Origin: Vicugna vicugna
Taxonomy: Eukaryota
Direction of reading: 5' to 3'
Assembly: GCA_013265495.1 (NCBI GenBank)
Contig: MU058423.1
Span: forward strand, 6,929,449 to 6,993,448
Length of the DNA: 64,000 nucleotides
The notes beneath the pieces were generated by a model. That model was not told the origin of the DNA. It saw only the letters and a program-made list of their open reading frames with translations, and ran no database searches. How positions within the stretch are numbered: position 1 is the first letter of the stretch; the number at the start of each line of letters is the position of its first letter. Shown one piece after another: positions 53,282-64,000 of this stretch. The translations under genes and the position numbers were made by a program.

Positions 53282-54676
53282 GATTTACATGCTGTTGTCC
53301 AGTTTTCTCAACACCATTTGCTGAAGAGACTGTCTTTATTCTATTGTATATTCTTGCCACCTTTGTCGAAGATTAGTTGACCAAAAGATTGTGGGTTCAT
53401 TTCTGGGCTTTCTATTCTGTTCCACTGGTCTATTTGTCTATTTTTGTACCAGTACCATGTTGTCTTGCTTACTGTAGCTCTATGGTATTGTCTGAAGTCT
53501 GGGAGAGGTATTCCTCCAGCCTCTTTCTTTCTCTTCAGTAATGCTTTGGCAATTCTAGATCTTCTGTGGTTCCACATAAAGTTTATTATGATTTGTTCTA
53601 GTTCTGTGAAATATGTCCTGGGTAATTTAATAGGGATTGCATTAAATCTGTGATTGCCTTGGGCAGTGTGACCATTTTAACAATATTGATTCTTCCACTC
53701 CAAGAGCATGGGCTATCTTTCCAGTTTTTTAAAATCTTCTGTAATTTCCTTCATCAATGGTTCATAGTTTTCTGTGTATAATTCTTTCACCTCCTTGATT
53801 AGATTTATTCCTAGGTATTTTATTACTTTGGGTGCTATTTTAAAGGGGATTGTTTCTTTATTTTCTTTTACTGTTGATTCATCATTAGTGTAAAGAAATG
53901 CAACTGATTTTTGAATGTTAATCTTGTAACCTGCTACCTTGCTGAATTCTTCGATCAGCTCTAGTAGTTTTTGTGTGGATCTTTTAGGGTTTTCTATATA
54001 TAGTAACATGTCGTCAGCATATAATGACACTTTTACCTCTTCTTTTCCAATTTGGATCCCTTTTATTTCTCTCTCTTGCCTGATTGCTGTGGCTGGGACT
54101 TCCAAGACTATGTTGAATAAGAGTGATGATAGTGGGCAGCCTTGTCTTGTCCCAGATTTTAGTGGGAAGCTTTTGAGTTTTTTACCATTGAACACTACGC
54201 TGGCTGTAGGTTTGTCATATATAGCTTTTATTATGTTGAGATATGTTCCCTCTATATCCACTTTGGTGAGAGTTTTTATCATAAATCAGTGTTGAATTTT
54301 ATCAAAAGCTTTTTCTGCATCTATTGAGATGATCATGTGGTTTTTGTCCATTCTCATATTGATGTGATGTGTTACATTGATTGATTTGTGTATGTTGAAC
54401 CACCCTTGTGTCCCTGGGATGAACCCGACTTGGTCATGATGTATAATCTTTTTTATGTGCTGTTGGATTCTATTTGCTAATATTTTAGTGAGGATTTTTG
54501 CATCTATGTTCATCAGTGATATTGGCTTATAATTCTCTTTTTTTGGTAGTATCTTTGCCTGGTTTTGGTATCAGGGTGATGGTGGCTTCATAGAATGAGT
54601 TTGGGAGTATTCTCTCCTTTTCAATCTTCTAGAAGAGTTTGAGAAGTACTGGTATGAGTTCTTCTTTGTATGTTTG
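53282..54676 (-). mobile_element. Inverted 5' segment of a young twin-primed L1 (RT domain)
   Basis: Minus ORFs with RT motifs [19 protein letters not shown] and [10 protein letters not shown]; the segment starts immediately after the left TSD (53269-53281). Confidence 0.92.
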
Positions 54677-54935
54677 AAGCTAGAACACTCCCTTACACCA
54701 TACACAAAAATAAACTCAAAATGGATCAAAGACTTAAACATAAGACAAGATACAATAAACCTCCTAGAGGAAAAATAGGCAAAACATTATCTGACATACA
54801 TCTCAAAAATGTTCTCCTAGGACAGTCTACCCAAGTAATAGAAATAAAAGCAAGAATAAACAGATGGGACCAAGTGAAGCTTATAAGCTTCTGCACAGCA
54901 AAGGAAACCATAAGTAAAACAAAAATGGGAGAAAA
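54675..54935 (+). mobile_element. Forward segment of the same L1, continuing from the inversion breakpoint
   Basis: tgaagctagaacactcccttacaccatacacaaaaataaactcaaaatggatcaaagac directly follows gcatgtaaatcaa (reverse complement of 53280-53292) in L1 order, as in the paralog at ~22660-22700. Confidence 0.92.
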
Positions 54936-55350
54936 CGATTGTTAGCATCTACATTTCTTTTTCGGGCTTTTACTTTTTTAACTCTTGGACACACATACAC
55001 ACACACACACACACACACAAATTAGTGTTTTTAATCACCTCAGCAAAGATTACTGCATCTATGACCAAGGACAGGTACAAAAAGAAGTCAAATGTTAAGA
55101 CAAAGATAGGCAAGGATCCCTCACAAAGTGTGTCCTTCAAACCCCTGGTGCAGCTACGTGTGAACCTCAGAGATATGTCACATGACTGCATGTGAAAGAC
55201 ATTCAAAGCCATGAATGCTAAGTTCACATATGACAAGGGTCTATCAAACTCGCCTTAAGGTAAGTTTGGGGTTTTACATGCTGCTGTCCAGTTTTCCCAA
55301 CACCATTTGCTGAAGAGACTGTCTTTATTCCATTGTATATTCTTGCCTCC

Positions 55351-55910
55351 AGGATGACACCTGCACCCCAATGTTCACAGCAGCACTATTTACAATAGCC
55401 AAGACATGGAAACAGCCTAAATGTCCATCAACAGGTGACTGGATAAAGAAGATGTGGTATATTTATACAATGGAATACTACTCAGCCATAAAAACCGACA
55501 ACATAACGCCATTTGCAGCAACATGGATGCTCCTGGAGAATGTCACTCTAAGTGAAGTAAGCCAGAAAGGGAAAGAAAAATACCATATGAGATCATTCAT
55601 ATGTGGAATCTAAAAAATAAAAATAAGTACAAAACAGAAATGGATTCATAGACATAGAATACAAACTTGTGTTGCCAAGGGAGTGGAGGGTGGGAAGGGA
55701 CAGACTGGGATTTCAAAATGCAGAATAGATAAACAAGATTATACTGTATAGAACAGGGAAATATATACAAGGTCTTATGGTAGCTCACAGAGAAAAAAAA
55801 TGTGACAATGAATATATATATGTTCATGTATAACTGAAAAATTGTGCTCTACACTGGAATTTGACACAACATTGTAAAATGATTATAACTCAATAAAAAA
55901 TGTTAAAAAA
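55351..55910 (+). mobile_element. Young L1 3' end (ORF2 C-terminus + 3' UTR)
   Basis: Open frame [26 protein letters not shown]...KYHMRSFICGI*; 3' UTR like 6655-6964; ends aataaaaaatgttaaaaaa. Confidence 0.95.
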
Positions 55911-55919
55911 TGTTGAATA

Positions 55920-56080
55920 GGGGGAGGGTATAGCTCAAGTGGCAAAGCACATGCACGAGGTCCTGGGTTCAATTCCCAGTACCTCCTTTAAAAATAAATC
56001 TAATTACCTCCCCCACTACCAAAATAAAATAAATACAACAGTAAATAAAATATAAAAAACAAAAAGGCCCAGAAAAACAT
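55920..56080 (+). mobile_element. tRNA-Ala-derived SINE (vic-1-like) with A-rich tail
   Basis: ggggagggtatagctcaagtgg (A box) ... gaggtcctgggttcaattcccagtacctcc (B box); similar to 8451-8559 but with a shortened anticodon arm. Confidence 0.85.
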
Positions 56081-57449
56081 AAAGATGGTCCTTTCCCCGT
56101 TGTATATTCTTTGCACTCTGGTGTGAAATTTTCCATACATGCATTGGTTCATTGTTGGGCTTTCTATTCTGTTCCACTGGTCTATATATTTGTCGTTATG
56201 CCAGTACCATACTGTTTTAATTACATACTGAGATTTGTTGTATATTTTGAAATCAGGAAGTGTCTTACCTCTGATTTTGTTCAAGATCACTTTGGCCATT
56301 CTGGGTCTTTTGCTGTTGCATATGAATTTTAGGTCTATTTTTTTGTATTTCTGTAAAAGTGCCATTGAAATTTGGATGCAAATATCATTAAATCTAAAGA
56401 TTGCTTTGGGTAGTATGGATATTTTAACAATCATGAATGTGGATATCTTTCCATTACTTGTGTCTTTAATTTCTTTCATTGGTGTGTTGTAGTTTTCAGT
56501 GTACAAGTATTTCGTCTTCTTGGTTAAGTTTATTTACAAGTCTTTAATTGTATTTGATGCTATTATAAAGAGGATTGTTTTCTCAATTTCCTCTTATAGT
56601 TCATTGTTAGTGTACAGAAACACAACTGACCTTGTATGTTGATTTTTGTTTTGCAATTTTACTGAATTAGTTCCTTAGTTCTAGTGGACTTTTTGTGGAG
56701 TTTTCAGGGTTTTCTATTTATAAGATCATGTTGTCTCCAAATAGAGACAATTTGCTTCTTCCTTTCCAATTTGGATGCCCTTTTTCTTTTACTTACCAAA
56801 TTGCTCTGGCTGTGACTACCAGTATTATGCTGATAGAGTGGGCATCCCTGTCTTGTTCTTGATCTTAGAAGAAAAAAGTTTAGGTTTTCACTGTTGAGTA
56901 AGATGTTAGCTGTGGGCTTGTCCTATATGACCTTTTTTATGTTGAAGCATGTTCCCTCTATCTTCAGTATTTTGAGAGTTTTTATCATAAATGAATGTTG
57001 AATTTTGTCAAATACCTTTTCTACATCTATTGAGATGATTATAGGACTTATACCCTTCACTCTGTTAATGTGGTGTATCACATATATCACATTTATCCAT
57101 TTGCATATGTTGAACCACCCTTTCATCCCAGGGATAAATTCCACGTGACCCATGGTGTATGATCCTTTTAATGTGCTGTTGAATTTGGCTTGCTGGAATT
57201 TTGTTGAGAACTTTTGCATTTATGTTCCTCAAGAATATTGGCTTCTAATTTTCTTTTCTTGCAGTGTCACTGTCTGGCTTTATATCACAGTAAGGCTGCT
57301 CTTGCAAAATGAGTATGAAAGTGTTCCCTTCTCTTTAATATTAAGGTGTTAATTCTTATTTAAATGTTTGGTAGAATTCTCCTGTGAAGCTATCTGGTCC
57401 TGAGAATTTCTTTTTTGGGAGGTTTTTGATTACTGATTCAATCTCCTTA

Positions 57450-57705
57450 TTTTTTTTAAGTTTTTTTTTTTTGATGTATATTCAGTTTACAATGTTGTAT
57501 TAATTTCTGGTGTACAGCATGTTTCAGTCATACATGTACATACATATATTCCTTTTTATATTCTTTTTCATTATAGGTTACTATGAGATATTGGATATAG
57601 TTCCCTGTGTTATATAGAAGAAACTTACTGTTTATCTATTTTGTGTATAGTAGTTAGTATCTGCAAATCTCCAACTCCTAATTTATCTCTTCCCACCTGT
57701 TCTCT
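57450..57705 (-). mobile_element. L1 3'-UTR fragment (second young type) nested in old L1
   Basis: T tail, then ttgatgtatattcagtttacaatgttg...tagttccctgtgttata...gtatctgcaaatctccaactcc; similar to 21480-21720. Confidence 0.88.
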
Positions 57706-58182
57706 ATCACAATGTTATTGTGGTTGAAAAAGATATTTGATATGATTTTCATCTTCTTAACTATTTTAAGACTTATTCTGTGACCTAACATGTGGTCTGT
57801 CCTGGAAAATGTTCTGTGTGTACTCAAGAAGAATGTGTATTATGCTGTTTGGGAGTGCGATGATCTACATATGTGTTAAGTCCATTTGGTCAATCACATT
57901 GCTCAAGTCTGCGTTTCCTTATGGATTTTTTTTCTGGATAGTCTATATGTTGTTGAGTGTGCAATGCTGAAGTCTCCTTCAGTAATATATACAATAACTC
58001 TATTATAATACAATATAATAACATATTAATAGTAATGTATTATAAATAATACAGTAATAATACTATTATTTCATTGCTGATTATTTCTTCTTTCAGTTCT
58101 GTTGATATTTGTTTTATATATTTAGGTGCTCTGATGTTGGGTATGTGTGTATCTACTGTAAATTTTTCTTTTGTGATTACCA

Positions 58183-58996
58183 TGTAAAGGGGTTCTAGAT
58201 CAAACTCCAGTGTATCTAGAGGAGGGAGGCATTCCACACATCCACAACAAGTCTCTGACATCAGCAGAAGATTCTACAATTCAATTCAATTCTAACACCA
58301 TCTACCCAGAGATTGCATCAAATGCCACAGATTAAGGACTCAGTCCTACAAAACTACCTCTTCCCCCATACAAACTGAGATGTTAGTCACAAGTCCAGGT
58401 TATCAACTATACTTTTGATGACAGGCTATAGATTGAAGGTTCCGATGACCTCCTCTTTGGGTTTAATTTGCTAGAGGGGCTCACAGAACTCACAGAAACA
58501 TTTTGCTTAGTTGATTACTGGTTAGTTACAAAATAAAATAGCTCAGGAACAGCAATGGAGGAGATGCATAAGGTATAGGGAAAGAGCATGGAGCTTCCAT
58601 GCCCTACCCCATGTGCCACTCTCCCAGGTCCTCCACATGTTCACCAACCTGGAAGCTCTCCAAACTTTGTCCTTTTGGTTTTTAATGGAAGTGTCATTAC
58701 ATAGACATGGTTAATTAAATCATGACCATTGGTGATTGAACTCAACCTTCAGCTTCTCTCCCTCTTCCAGGGTTGGGAATGGAAAGTTCCGACCCTGAAA
58801 TCACTTGATTCACTCCACTGGCAACCAGACTCCATCATTAGGTGAGTTCCAAAAGTCATCTCATGAACAATCACAAAAGACACCTTTATGATGCTTATCC
58901 CTTAGGAAATTCCAAGGGATTCAGGAGCTCTGTGCCAGAAATGGGGATGAAGACCAAATATATATATATATTTTTATTATAAACCACAGTATTACA
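58183..58996 (-). mobile_element. MER21-like LTR nested in old L1
   Basis: tctacaattcaattcaattctaacaccatctacc...gctcacagaactca...ggaaattccaagggattcaggagctctgtgccagaaa...gaagaccaaatatata...cacagtattaca. Confidence 0.75.
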
Positions 58997-61179
58997 CATA
59001 GAAATTACATAAATTATCTTTTATTTAAAACAATCTTTTTTAAGCCAATAGAGACTTTACTTGCATACAAAACTCCACACTTTCCCTTCCCAAACATATT
59101 TTATATAGTTGATGTCACTACATATTTTTATGTCCATCCATTAACTAGCCGTTACAGTTATTCTTAATCATTTCCTCTTTTAACTTTTATACTAGGGTTA
59201 AAAGTCATTTAAGTGACACCATTAGAACGTTAGAGCATTATGAATTAATTTTATACTTGCCTTTACAAGTGAGTTTATTCTTTTATATGTTTTCATGTTA
59301 ATAATTAGTGTCTTTTTGTTTTAACTTGAAGAACTCTCTTTAGCATTTCACGTCAGGTGGGTCTAGTGGTGATGAATTCCCTCAGCTTTTGTTTGTCTTG
59401 GAATGTCTTTATCTATTTTTCATTTCTGAAGAACAACTTTTTCAGGTATAGTCACTTTGGTTGGCAGTTTTTCTGTTAGCACTATGAATATGTCGTTCTG
59501 TTTTATCCTGTACTCCGAGGTCTGTGCTGAGTAATCTGCTGATAAGCTTGTGGGTGGGCTTCCTTGTATATAATAAGTCACTTTTCTCTTGCTGGTTGAA
59601 AATCCCTTTTCTTTGATTTTTGAAAATTTGGTTTAAAGTGTTTTGAGTAGACCTCTTTAATTTTAGTCTTTTTGAGCTTCATGAATCTGGATGTTTATTT
59701 CTTTTCCCAGATTTGGTAAGTTTTCATCTATTATTTCTTTTAATAGACTTTCCTTTTCTCTTTTTCTTCTTGGAATGCTATAATGTGATATTAATTCTCT
59801 TGATTTATCCCATAAATATCTTAGGTTTGTTTTTTTTAAAATTCTTTTTAATTATATTTTCCTTTTTCTCCTCTATCTAGATAATTTCAAATGACCTGTC
59901 TTCACTCTTGCTGATACTTTTTTCTGCTTGGTCCAGTCTGTTACTGAACTCCTGTAGTAAAATTTTCAGTTTAATTATATTTTTGGCTACAATATTTCTG
60001 TTTGGTTCTTTATTATAATTTCTGTCTCTTTGTTAATATTCTCATTTTGTTCATGTGTCATTTTCCTGATTTTATTTAATTATTTATGGTATTCTCTTAT
60101 AACTCACTTGGCTACTTTTAGGTGATTAATTTGAATTGTTTATCATGTAATTTATAAATCTCCATTTATCTGAGGTCAATTATTAGAGTTTGGGGGGGTT
60201 CAGTAACTAGAGATTTTTTTTCTTTTGACTATGGCATATTTTCTTGATTCTTTATGTTCCTTGTAGAGTAGCAACAGTGCTTGTTCATTTGAAGAAATAG
60301 CACCTTTCCCTAAACTCAGAGCAGTGCCAGTTGTAGGAGAAAACCTGTTTCCTTTCTTTGTTGCTAGCTGTTCCATGTGTCCAGGTTTTTCCAGTCCTTC
60401 AGCACTCACTATGAGGTGAGATCGAAACCAGTTCCTCAAGGAGCACACTGAAAGGCTGGGACAAGACTCACTTTTCTTTCTCCCTCCTCACAAAGGAAAA
60501 GCCTCAATTCTGCAGCTTTTCTCAGTGTTCCAGGGCAGTGTTTGCTGTATGGGGAAATCTACCTCTTTTTTTGTTCATAATTGTCCCTGGCTTCTAGGCT
60601 CTGCTGGTTTTTCAGTGCTTAGTATGAGGAGAGATAGAAATCAGTCCTGCAGAGGAGCATACCACAAGGCCAGGAGGTCAGGCACCCAGGCACATACTCC
60701 ACATTCACTTTCTTCCTGAGGAAGAGGTCACAGGTTAAAGCTATCTTCTTGACATTAAGCTAACTGATTCAGGGGCAGAGGTGATTAATGCAGAGTGAAT
60801 TCGCTCTTCTCACACATACTAGCGCTACTTTTTAGTAGCTTTATGCTCTTTTGGAGTGGCTGCAACTTCTTATTAACTGTTTTCTAGATTTCACCTAAAG
60901 GTGTTTTGGTCTAAATATGATGCTTATATCAGTATTTCTATGGAAGAATGAGGATAGGTCTTATGATTCTGCCTTCTTGCTGATGTCTCCTTTCTATTGC
61001 ATTGATATTTGGGCTCTCTAAAATACAGAATATTAATGATATTATCAGTGAGAGATATATGATAGAAATGGTTTCATAATTTTTAAAAATTTTGCCTTTG
61101 CAAGTTGTTATAAAAATTAAAAATATGGTCTACAGTTAATTTATCTTGATATCTCATTTCCATTGCTATAAGTGGAAAG

Positions 61180-62780
61180 AGTCTACTCTCAGTAATAAAT
61201 ACTGATATTCACCCTTTAATCCTATCCATGACTTAGGTAAATGATTTTCTTCAACTCAGCAATATTTGTGCAAATTTCAGGGAGTGTTCTGTGTCTATAT
61301 TTTTTCAATGGCTTTAAATTCACTGAAAATCTTTCTTTGAAATGTTTCCAACTTCAATGAGTTCAGATATGAAACTTTTGTAGATAAGACAGGTGACTTT
61401 TGGCATTGATTGCATAGTGACAGTAACATTTCCATATATATGTTTCAAAACATTCTCTCCATAGCACAATTTTCCAGTCAAAGGCACTGCTTTCTTAGTC
61501 ATTGCTAAAATATTATCTTTACCTTGAAGGGATATTTCAGTGTGCAAAATTGATTAAATTATTTACTAGGTTGAACAATACTGACAGCTGTTTATCAAGA
61601 AAAAAGTTTAGTAAAAATGTAGAAGATTTTTTTATGAGGTAATAGTCAAAAGATGTATAATTTTAATTGTGTTCACAACAGTATTAAATACTTTGCCAAC
61701 AGATATTTTCATGGTAACTCCCCAATGCATTATGAAGTATTATATATAATAAATCAACTATATTTTTGTGTGTGTTCTAATAAAACTTTATAAAATAGGT
61801 AACCTATTTTTTTCTTGTCATTCCATGAATCAAAACATTTGCTTTGCACACATTCCAAGCAAAAGAGAGGACTAGATGGCATATTCCACATTCCACTGTA
61901 TTTTTTAAAATTTTTTTAACATTTTTTATTGAGTTATAGTCATTTTACAATGTTGTGTCAAATTCCAGTGTAGAGCACAATTTTTCAGTTATACATGAAC
62001 ATACATACATTCATGGTCACATTCTCTTTTGCTGTGAGCCACCACAAGGTGCTGTATGTATTTCCTTGTGCTACCTAGTGCAATCTTGTTTATCTATTTT
62101 ACATTTTGAAATCCCAGTCCCTTCCCACCCCTCATCCCCCTGGCAACCACAAGTTTGTATTCTATGTCTATGAGTCTGTTTCTGTTTTGTACTTATGGTT
62201 TTTTTTTTTCTAAGATTCCACATATGAGCGATCTCATATGGTATTTTTCCATTGTGTTTTTAGTTCTTTTTCAAAATGAAATTATCCACATTGATGACAT
62301 CTTTGTGCCTTTTTAGCTACAACTGCTTTACTGCAATGGTTTGTCTATGAATAACTTTAGGAATGAAAATTTCATATAGTAATATCACTGAACATAGCTT
62401 CAAAATCATTTTTTCTTTATTGCTTTCAAAGTGGGCATGCCAAAATGATTATATGTACATTGCTGTTCCAAGAAACACTATTTTTTTTAAGAAAAAACTA
62501 TTTTTATTAAGGATTCTTTTAAATCTTCTCCAGCACATCTTTCTTTACTGACCACACACACACACAAATAACCTTTTCTGTTTTATTATTGAGACAAATT
62601 CTACCAAAATCATAATCTGAGAAATGTTGTAAATGGCTATACTTTCCTTCAGCAGAAAACCCTTGGTGCTATGATACTCGTTTGAATTTTTTTTCCTCCA
62701 AATCTTTGGCAATATTTTCTGTTTCTCCTAAAGTACTTGCTGTTAAATAAATACATGGTTTTTGTGCCATATTATTTTGT
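61180..62780 (-). mobile_element. hAT/Charlie transposase remnant, interrupted by a young L1
   Basis: Minus-strand peptides SLQGKDNILAM..K and WIGLKGEY..L resemble conserved hAT transposase blocks (NxSLQGK; WxxLKxEYPxL). The boundary beyond 62260 is uncertain. Confidence 0.55.
61906..62246 (-). mobile_element. Young L1 3'-UTR fragment with 15-bp TSD
   Basis: Reverse complement of the 55580-55910 type; TSD TTCCA(C/T)TGT(A/G)TTTTT at 61891-61905 and 62247-62261. Confidence 0.9.
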
Positions 62781-62849
62781 TAGTATAATTTGAGCCATTT
62801 TACAATAGCAATAAGGAATAAAATTATCCAGTGTTTTGAAATTGTTTTA

Positions 62850-63635
62850 AACATTGATGAAATTTTCATACATGGAATTAACTATTTTAAACTAAACAAG
62901 CCAGTGGCGTTTAGTATAATCAAAGCATTGTGCACCACCCCTTCCATATAGCTCCAAACTATTTTCCTCACTCCAAAGGAGATCCCATACTCATTAAGCC
63001 ATTATTCCTCATTCTTCCTTCTCTTTCCTCAACCCATGGCAACTACAAATATGCTTTCTGTCTCTATGAATTTAACTATTCTAGATATTTCATATAATTG
63101 AGTCATACAACATGAGACTTCTTATGTCAGTTTCTTTCACTTGGCATAATATTTTTAAGATTCATCCATATTGCAATCTATATCAGTATCTTATTTCTTT
63201 TTATATGGCTGAATAGTATTCCATTATCTATCTATCTATCTATGACAGTTTGTTTATTCTTTCTTTCATAGACAGTTGGGTTGTTTCCACTGTATGGCTT
63301 TTGTGAATAGTGCTGGTATGAACACACATGTACATGTATTTATTGTAACACCTGTTTCAATTCTTTTAGATATACAGTTAAGCTTGGAACTGTGAGGTCA
63401 TGTGGGAATTCTGTATTTAACTTTTTGAGGAACCACCAAACTACTTTCTATAGCAGCTAAAAAAGTTAACATTTCCATCAGCAAAGTATGAAGGTTGGTT
63501 CCAGTTAACTCCACCTTGTCACCAACACTTGTTGTTTTCATTATTTTATTATCATACTCATTTTAGTGGTTGGGAAGGGGCATCTTATTGTACTTTTGAT
63601 TTGCATTTCCCTTGACTGATGATGTTAAGCAGTTC
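62850..63635 (-). mobile_element. Old L1 (L1MB-type) 3' end
   Basis: ccatggcaactacaaatatgctttctgtctctatgaattt...tgtgaatagtgctggtatgaaca...tttgaggaaccaccaaact...tttgatttgcatttccc. Confidence 0.8.
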
Positions 63636-64000
63636 TTTTTTTAGCGTTTTTTATTGATTTATAATCATTCTACAATGTTGTGTCAAATTCCAGTATAGAG
63701 TACAATTTTTCAGTTATACATGAACGTATATATATATATTCATTGTCACATTTTTTTCTCCGTGAGCTACCATAAGATCTTGTATGTATTTCCCTCTGCT
63801 ATACAGTATAATCTTATTTATCTATTCTACAATTTTGAAATCCCAGTCTATCTCTTCCCACCCCCCGCCCCCTTGGCAACACAAGTTTGTATTCTATGTC
63901 TGTGAGTCTATTTCTGTTTTGTATTTATGCTTTGTTTGTTTGTTTGTTTAGATTCCACATATGAGCAATCTCATATGGTATTTTTCTTTCTCTTTCTGGC
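63636..64000 (-). mobile_element. Young L1 3' end, running off the window edge
   Basis: Reverse complement of the 6600-6964 type 3' UTR and ORF2 terminus, with a T tail at 63636. Confidence 0.93.

Larger units (their letters stand above)
52250..60985 (-). mobile_element. Old near-full-length L1 (L1MA/MB-type) fragmented by nested insertions
   Basis: Collinear minus-strand ORF2 pieces at 52250-52408, 52900-53281, 56081-57449 and 57706-58182, then inter-ORF/ORF1/5' UTR at 59000-60985, ending in the L1M-like terminus attctgccttcttgctgatgtc. Confidence 0.8.

Noticed and set aside
1..64000. Novel multi-gene, defence or other prokaryote-type system
   Set aside because: The sequence is mammalian and repeat-dominated. 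Every recognisable ORF derives from L1, ERVL or hAT elements, and no operon-like or array structure is present.

Overview
This is AT-rich mammalian genomic DNA dominated by transposable elements. I cannot support any intact protein-coding gene, RNA gene, CRISPR array or prokaryotic system here. The window contains L1 LINEs of several ages (two young 3'-UTR types, one near-full-length copy at 21.5-27.4 kb, and an old near-full-length copy at 52.2-61.0 kb carrying many nested insertions), along with L2, MIR, MaLR/ERVL/ERV1-type LTRs, hAT/Charlie transposase remnants and two tRNA-Ala-like SINEs. The SINE and the young L1 3' UTRs suggest a camelid or related artiodactyl; this is from memory of repeat consensi, not a search. 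The most unusual structure is a 2.8-kb composite insertion bounded by one 13-bp TSD (53269-56093). It consists of a twin-primed, 5'-inverted L1 with a precise breakpoint, a captured ~336-bp non-L1 segment with a perfect splice donor, a second short inverted copy of the same breakpoint region, the L1 3' end, and a trailing SINE that looks 3'-transduced. Also notable are a 443-bp tandem duplication with one mismatch, a probable L1 insertion-mediated deletion, and a pair of candidate + strand exons at 40.4-40.8 kb. Subfamily names and the boundaries of old elements are approximate by-eye calls.
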